Positions 58,600 to 64,000 of a stretch of 64,000 nucleotides of DNA are shown here, piece by piece. The notes beneath the pieces were generated by a model, which saw only the letters and a list, made by a program, of their open reading frames with translations, had not been told where the DNA came from and searched no databases. A program made the position numbers and the translations under genes. Location of the stretch: assembly GCA_963764165.1 (NCBI GenBank), contig CAVXRD010000003.1, positions 416,001-480,000 on the forward strand, read 5' to 3'. The first letter of the stretch is position 1. Each line of letters starts with the position of its first letter. This DNA is from an uncultured Verrucomicrobiae bacterium (GTDB lineage Bacteria; Verrucomicrobiota; Verrucomicrobiia; Limisphaerales; Palsa-1400).

Positions 58600-60258
58600 A
58601 TGAAATGGATTGCTGTGCTGGCGTTGTCTCTGGTTTTGGCCACCGCGTCTCTCGCGGCTGGCCCGGACGACCAGTATCTGGATATTTACAATGAAATTCT
58701 GCAGGCGGATTCGTTGAAAGCCGGCGGAAATTCCCGGGACGCCGCCGCCAAATATCTCGACGCTCAAGCGCTTCTCAAGAATCTCAAAAAAGAAAACCCG
58801 ACCTGGAACGCCTCGGTTGTCGACTTCCGCCTCGATTATCTGGCCGATCAATTGCACGCGCTGGCTCCCTTCTTGCAAGCGGCCGCGCCTGCCCCCGCTC
58901 CGGCTCCCATGCCAAAACCCGGTGCAACCGTTCCCGCCACTCCCTCCGAAGTGGCAAATTTGCAGGAACAAATTCGCTCGCTGACAGCGGCAAACGCGCA
59001 ATTGGAGAACAAGCTCAAGGAAGCCCTTTCCGTCCAGCCCGCCGCTCTCAGCCCGCAGGAATTGGCCAAGGCGCAGGACAAAATCGCGGCTCTGCAAAAG
59101 GAAAATGACCTGCTCAACGTCGCCCTGGCCCAATCCAAGTCAGCCAAGCCGCCGCCCGACGCCGAAAGAACTGAAAAGCAATTGGCCGACATGCGAACCG
59201 ATCTGAAAGCCTCCCGCGCCGAAGTCGATCGCCTTAAAAATTCGCTGGCCGATGCTCAGAAACAGATTCAGTCCGAAGCTGGAGAAATTGATTCATTGAA
59301 GGCAGCAGCGGTCGCATCCTCGTCGGTCAAAAAAATCGAGGCCGAACGCGACAAATTGAAAGAGGAGCTCGCCGCCCGCACTCGTGATCTGGCGGATGCC
59401 GAAGCCCGCCGCGAGCCGGGCGCAGCCGAATTGCGCGAAAAGCTGGCGAAGGTCGAGCGCGAGCGCGATGACCTGAAAGCAAAATTGGCCACCGCTCGCG
59501 CCCCTTCCGAATCGAGCCCGGAGATGGAACAGCTTCGCGCCCGGCTGGCGGTTTTGGAGGCCCAAGCCGTTCCCTACACGCCAGAAGAGCTGGCGCTCCT
59601 GAACAAGACTCCCGCCACCGTGCATGAGCCGCTGCCTGCTCCCGCCGCGCCCGCGCCCGAGAAAAAGCACGCGCAGCACTCGCCGAAAGAACTCCCCCCA
59701 GGCGTGGGCGCGCTGTTTGTTGACGCCCAGCGGGCCGCTCGCGCGCGCGACTTCACGACGGCGGAGGAAAAATTCAAAGACATTTTGCGCCAGGACGAAA
59801 ACAACGTCTATGTCCTGGCGTTTCTGGCTGACACGCAGTTCGATCTCGACAAGACAAACGACTGCGAAAAGACGTTGCATCGCGCCCTGGCGCTGGACCC
59901 GGAAGATCCAGCCAGCCTTTATGTGCTTGGCGTCCTTCGATACCGCCAGAACCGGATGGACGAAGCCCTCGACGCCATAACTAAGTCTACGAAATACAAC
60001 CCGACGAATGCGCTCAGCCAGAATTACCTTGGCCTCATTCTGGCGGACAAGGGCCAGCGCGCCGCCGCGGAAACCGCATTCCGAAAAGCCCTCGCCTGCC
60101 AGCCGGATTACGTGGACGCGCACTATCATCTGGCAATTATGTATGCCTCAGCCAAGCCGCCCATGATCGCCCTGGCCCGCTTTCACTACAAAAAGGCGGT
60201 CGACCTTGGCCACGAAAAGAACCCCGAACTGGAAAAGGTGATCGGGTCGGCGCAGTAG
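58600..60258 (+). CDS. exported coiled-coil + TPR protein
   Basis: Signal peptide, long heptad region, about 5 C-terminal TPRs (YVLGVLRY, NYLGLIL, AHYHLA). Confidence 0.85.
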   Translation: MKWIAVLALSLVLATASLAAGPDDQYLDIYNEILQADSLKAGGNSRDAAAKYLDAQALLKNLKKENPTWNASVVDFRLDYLADQLHALAPFLQAAAPAPAPAPMPKPGATVPATPSEVANLQEQIRSLTAANAQLENKLKEALSVQPAALSPQELAKAQDKIAALQKENDLLNVALAQSKSAKPPPDAERTEKQLADMRTDLKASRAEVDRLKNSLADAQKQIQSEAGEIDSLKAAAVASSSVKKIEAERDKLKEELAARTRDLADAEARREPGAAELREKLAKVERERDDLKAKLATARAPSESSPEMEQLRARLAVLEAQAVPYTPEELALLNKTPATVHEPLPAPAAPAPEKKHAQHSPKELPPGVGALFVDAQRAARARDFTTAEEKFKDILRQDENNVYVLAFLADTQFDLDKTNDCEKTLHRALALDPEDPASLYVLGVLRYRQNRMDEALDAITKSTKYNPTNALSQNYLGLILADKGQRAAAETAFRKALACQPDYVDAHYHLAIMYASAKPPMIALARFHYKKAVDLGHEKNPELEKVIGSAQ

Positions 60259-60356
60259 GTAGCGCCTCGCCGAGGCGTCCGGGTTGAGGCGCCATTTGCG
60301 CGCAAACTTTGCTATCATTCACACGCAACCGGACGCAGCGGCGAGGCGGCCCTGCC
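60258..60356. repeat. REP/MITE family B
   Basis: GGTAGCGCCTCGCCGAGGCGTCC...CACGCAACCGGACGCAGCGGCGAGGCGGCCCTGCC. Confidence 0.8.
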
Positions 60357-60440
60357 TTTGGGACTTGTCTTCGGGGTCGCGTTGCTGAATGTTATTGGAA
60401 CGTCCAGTCAACGGGCGGTTTGGAACGCATGCCTCAATTC

Positions 60441-60866
60441 ATGGTGTCATTTTTCAAGCGCTGGCTCATTACCACAATTTCGGTGTGGCTGGCCGCCGCG
60501 ATCGTGCCGGGCATTACCTGGCAGACATCGTGGGGCTTGCTGCTCGCGGCCTTGGTGCTGGGGCTGCTGAACGCCATTGTGCGGCCGGTGATGGTCGTCT
60601 TGTCGCTGCCGCTCGTCATTTTCACTCTCGGGCTGTTCATGCTGGTCATCAACGCCCTGCTGCTCTGGTCTGTCGGCGTCGTGCTCAAGAATTTCCAGGT
60701 CGACGGCTTCGCTTCGGCTTTTTGGGGGTCGCTTGTCATCAGCATCGTGTCGCTGGTGCTCAATTCGCTGACCAAAAGCGGGTCGTCGCGTTTTGAATTT
60801 CGCTCCGGTCGCCCGAAGCCGAATAGTCCGCCCGACGACGGCGGAGGGCCGATTATTGACGTTTGA
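60441..60866 (+). CDS. YvlD-like 4-TM membrane protein (holin superfamily IV)
   Basis: ALVLGLLNAIVRP, LPLVIFTLGLFMLVINA, VDGFASAFWGS. Confidence 0.85.
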   Translation: MVSFFKRWLITTISVWLAAAIVPGITWQTSWGLLLAALVLGLLNAIVRPVMVVLSLPLVIFTLGLFMLVINALLLWSVGVVLKNFQVDGFASAFWGSLVISIVSLVLNSLTKSGSSRFEFRSGRPKPNSPPDDGGGPIIDV

Positions 60867-61458
60867 TTAATCTGTAGGCGGCGCGATTCGCCTGCACCCC
60901 GCGCGCCAAAAAGCTCCGCTCGAAATCCGTCACCACCGCCGCCAATTCGTCCGGCGTCGGAATCTCCTGAAAATAGTCCGCCTTGGCGAACGCATTTTTC
61001 ATCGCGCCAAAATAATCCGCGTCGTCCGTGCGCAAGTAAATCACGCCTTGGTCTCGCAACACCTTTTGCGCCAGGGACGGAAAATCCAAATTGATCAGCC
61101 GATGCTTCCGGTGCTTCCGCTTCGGCCACGGATCAGGAAAATAAATGTGCAGCGCCGTCACTGAGGCGCGAGGCAGCAGATGCTCCAGAAAGTAAGACGC
61201 CTCGATGCGGATGATCCGGATGTTCCGCAAACCGAGCTTCAGCGATTTGCGGTCCAGCTTGCGCAACCGCCCCAGCAGCCTTTCCACGCCGATGAAGTTG
61301 GTGTCCCGCTGGAGATTGGCGTATTTGGCGAGGAACGACCCGTCGCCGCTGCCCAATTCCACCTCCAACGGCTGAGCCTTCGGAAACATGCGCTCCAAGT
61401 CCAGCCGTTCGACCACCGATTCAATCTGGTGGATGCAAGTCTCGCCCTCAGTGTTCAA
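60853..61458 (-). CDS. trmB: tRNA (guanine-N7)-methyltransferase
   Basis: VELGSGDG, NFIGVE, FPDPWPKRKHRKHRL, LRTD, TDFE. Confidence 0.93.
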   Translation of the reverse strand: MNTEGETCIHQIESVVERLDLERMFPKAQPLEVELGSGDGSFLAKYANLQRDTNFIGVERLLGRLRKLDRKSLKLGLRNIRIIRIEASYFLEHLLPRASVTALHIYFPDPWPKRKHRKHRLINLDFPSLAQKVLRDQGVIYLRTDDADYFGAMKNAFAKADYFQEIPTPDELAAVVTDFERSFLARGVQANRAAYRLIKRQ

Positions 61459-62206
61459 GCAGGCGGAGCTTCAAGTTTTTGATTTCTCCCGTCGTGCAAT
61501 AGGTGGCGATGCCAAGCGGCTCGGAAAGATAAATCGCGCCCGGCCGCAGCGAAACCTTGCGTCCTTCGATGGAGACCTTCACGATCTGCTCCTTGTCGAC
61601 CCAGGCGTCGATTCTCTTCGGCGTCACCCGCACCACGACGTGATACCAATGCCCCTTTTCAAAATCCATCGTGCGCGTGGTTTCGTTTTCAGAGGCGTCC
61701 TGGTCATCGAGGCTCGATAATCCGACGAGCCCACCGCCCCATCCGCCGAGGATCAGGCTGCAATGCGAATCGGCCACCGGAAAAGTCAGGCCGCAAAAAA
61801 AATCACTGCCCGCCAGGCGCTCGGCATCGAGGCTGATTTCGTAATCTGTCTTGGGCAGCACCCCATTCGTCCAATTGATGCCGCTAAGATCATCCCCCAG
61901 CGCAATCTTAATTTTGCCATCCTCAATGGACACCGCCCCATGCCCGCCAAAATCCGTGATGGCCCAATTTGTCAGCGATTTTCCATCCAACAAATCCGTC
62001 CAATTGGTGGACCACGCGATGCTATTCGTGACAACCGCCGTGGCGTTCGTTCCAGCGCCGGGCGGCCCCGCTGCCACGGGTGTCGCGGTAGCAAGCGCGA
62101 TTCCAATGATGCCGGCGGCATGAAAATTGCCGAACCGCTTGCGCGCAGAATTTCTCTCGCTCAGGATTCGAGCCGCAATCCGCAAATGATGCATGATGGA
62201 CGACAT
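61448..62206 (-). CDS. DUF1080 (3-keto-disaccharide hydrolase-like) exported protein
   Basis: LLDGKSLTNW, YEISLDA, GSDFFCGLTFP, LGGWGG; start uncertain. Confidence 0.75.
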   Translation of the reverse strand: MSSIMHHLRIAARILSERNSARKRFGNFHAAGIIGIALATATPVAAGPPGAGTNATAVVTNSIAWSTNWTDLLDGKSLTNWAITDFGGHGAVSIEDGKIKIALGDDLSGINWTNGVLPKTDYEISLDAERLAGSDFFCGLTFPVADSHCSLILGGWGGGLVGLSSLDDQDASENETTRTMDFEKGHWYHVVVRVTPKRIDAWVDKEQIVKVSIEGRKVSLRPGAIYLSEPLGIATYCTTGEIKNLKLRLLEH

Positions 62207-62606
62207 GCAAGCAGCCTAACGGCAAAACCCAAAACGTGGAAACATAAAGTTGGGGCACAAGGCATTCATCCGGGCTTGGTCCGATGTGGGACAGAAAATT
62301 TAGGTGGACACGCAGGTCCGCCCAAATTTTTTCCACCGCGCTAACCGAATCCACGTCTCACCCAGTTCCAATCACCCGCGTCCTGAGGCCAAAAAAATGA
62401 GCCTGGCCTGGCCTGGAGTGGACGATTCAATCTGCAATGACCAGAACGAAAGCGTGTGTGACCGCCGAAGAAAATGATATCCAAAAAGCAAAAATTGGAA
62501 TTGACGTGGATTGGGAAGGCAAGCGAGGAAATGGGCTGCAGTGCTATTTCGAAGAAGTCCTCATTTTTGACGAAGTTTTGACAGACTACATGCCATTCGA
62601 ATCTTA

Positions 62607-63656
62607 TTACAATGCTGGATAGTCCGTGTAACCCTTCGGTCCACTTGCATAAAATGTCGATGGATCGGGCGGAGTCAGCGGCGCATTGCGGCGGAAGCGC
62701 TCGGGCAGATCGGGATTGGCAATGAATGTTTTTCCGAAGGCGACTGCGTCCGCCTCGCCCGCGAGCAATGCTTCGTTTCCTGACTTGAAGGTGAATTGCT
62801 CGTTGGCGATGTAGCGTCCGCCGAAGGCCGCTTTCAATTGCGGGCCGATTCTCCCCTCGCCCAAATGTTCCCGCGCGCAAATAAAAGCGACGCCGCGTTT
62901 GCCAAGTTCGCGCGCCACATAACTGAACGTCGCCAACGGATCCGAATCGCCCATGCCGTGGGCATCGCCCCTCGGCGCAAGGTGCATGCCAACGCGGTCC
63001 GCTCCCCAAACGGAGAGGACGGCGTCGGTCACTTCGAGCATCAGGCGGGCGCGATTTTCGATGGGGCCGCCGTATTCGTCGGTGCGCAGGTTCGATTTGT
63101 CCTGAAGAAATTGATCGAGCAAATAGCCATTCGCGCCGTGAATTTCGACGCCATCGAATCCGGCTGCTTTTGCGTTCGCCGCGCCCTTGCGGAAAACCTC
63201 GATGATGCCGGGAATCTCGCTCAATTCCAGCGCGCGCGGCACGACAAACGGCTTCTCGGGCCGCACCTGGCTGACGTGCCCCGCCGCCGCAATCGCGCTG
63301 GGTGCCACAGGCAACGCGCCGTTCAAATACATCGGATCCGAAATGCGGCCGACGTGCCAAAGCTGGAGGAGAATTCGCCCGCCCGCGTTGTGGACGGCTC
63401 TCGTGACGAGCTTCCAACCTTCCACCTGCGCATCCGACCAGATGCCCGGCGTATTCGGATAGCCGACGCCCATTGGCGTGACGGACGTCGCTTCGGAGAT
63501 GATGAGGCCCGCCGAGGCGCGCTGGGTGTAATACTCGGCCATCAGACCGTTGGGAAGGCGTTCGGCGCCCGCGCGCTGCCGCGTGAGCGGAGCAAGAATG
63601 ACGCGATTGGGCAAATCCCAGGCGCCGATGCAGACAGGATCAAGCAAAGTGGGCAT
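62607..63656 (-). CDS. old yellow enzyme / alkene reductase (NemA/XenB-like)
   Basis: NRVILAPLTR, YYTQRAS, QLWHVGR, EIHGANGYLLDQFL, FIANPDL, GYTDYP; ATG at 63656. Confidence 0.93.
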   Translation of the reverse strand: MPTLLDPVCIGAWDLPNRVILAPLTRQRAGAERLPNGLMAEYYTQRASAGLIISEATSVTPMGVGYPNTPGIWSDAQVEGWKLVTRAVHNAGGRILLQLWHVGRISDPMYLNGALPVAPSAIAAAGHVSQVRPEKPFVVPRALELSEIPGIIEVFRKGAANAKAAGFDGVEIHGANGYLLDQFLQDKSNLRTDEYGGPIENRARLMLEVTDAVLSVWGADRVGMHLAPRGDAHGMGDSDPLATFSYVARELGKRGVAFICAREHLGEGRIGPQLKAAFGGRYIANEQFTFKSGNEALLAGEADAVAFGKTFIANPDLPERFRRNAPLTPPDPSTFYASGPKGYTDYPAL

Positions 63657-63868
63657 AGTCAGTTTTGTTGGGCGGATGCGCCGCCAATTGTGGCGCAATG
63701 TATAACCGATTGCCCGGCGCGCAAGTTCATGAAACCCGTACGAGATTACTTGCTCCAAACTTTGATGCTGCCGGCATTATATATTGCATTAATCCTGCTT
63801 TTGTTGTCCCATCGCCTATCGAGCTGGGAAAGTCATCCGATGAGCCCGAAAACGGAAAGGAACATAAT

Positions 63869-64000
63869 ATGCGTCGCCTGAGTTTTATTGTCCGCGCATT
63901 GGTTGTGTGTTTGTCTGCGTTTCTGCACCAGCAGGCATCGAGCCAAACGATCTTGTATTCCAATACCATGCCGGCCGACAATACCTACGGCTACACGTAT
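63869..64000 (+). CDS. 5' fragment of a secreted protein (runs off the window)
   Basis: AAGGA RBS, then MRRLSFIVRALVVCLSAFLHQQASSQTILYSNT... with no stop before the window end. Confidence 0.6.
   Translation, partial: MRRLSFIVRALVVCLSAFLHQQASSQTILYSNTMPADNTYGYTY

Noticed and set aside
60441..60866. Holin as a prophage marker
   Set aside because: YvlD-like superfamily IV proteins are common chromosomal genes; no phage genes nearby.
62437..62622. 61-aa + strand ORF converging on the alkene reductase gene
   Set aside because: No recognisable motif and weak start context; cannot be supported.

Overview
GC-rich bacterial chromosomal segment. Gene style and protein families suggest Verrucomicrobiota (Pedosphaera/Limisphaera-like); this is inference. 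Housekeeping genes: dnaG, aroB, trpG/pabA, ffs (SRP RNA)-dnaX-ybaB-recR, recF and trmB. Accessory blocks: (1) a Cus-type heavy-metal RND efflux operon headed by a small Cys-rich leader ORF; (2) an Fe-ADH/ALDH/glutamine-synthetase-like gamma-glutamylation cluster; (3) a two-component system with a secreted TPR-ankyrin-SLBB protein and shared OmpR-type boxes; (4) an MdtABC-NodT efflux operon with a frameshifted mdtB; (5) an ~18-kb block in which a degenerate BrnT/antitoxin pair precedes five closely spaced, mostly ATGA/GTGA-coupled prepilin-like genes (the last a 1375-aa PilX/GspK-like protein), followed by a 3110-aa subtilase that has autotransporter-type repeats but no beta-barrel. Several families of REP/MITE-like palindromes are present, and two copies are translated inside cleavable leader peptides. 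Exported proteins show a marked Thr-Asn dipeptide excess that most cytoplasmic proteins lack. No CRISPR array, tRNA, rRNA or transposase was recognised. All calls come from motif recognition by eye; no searches were run.
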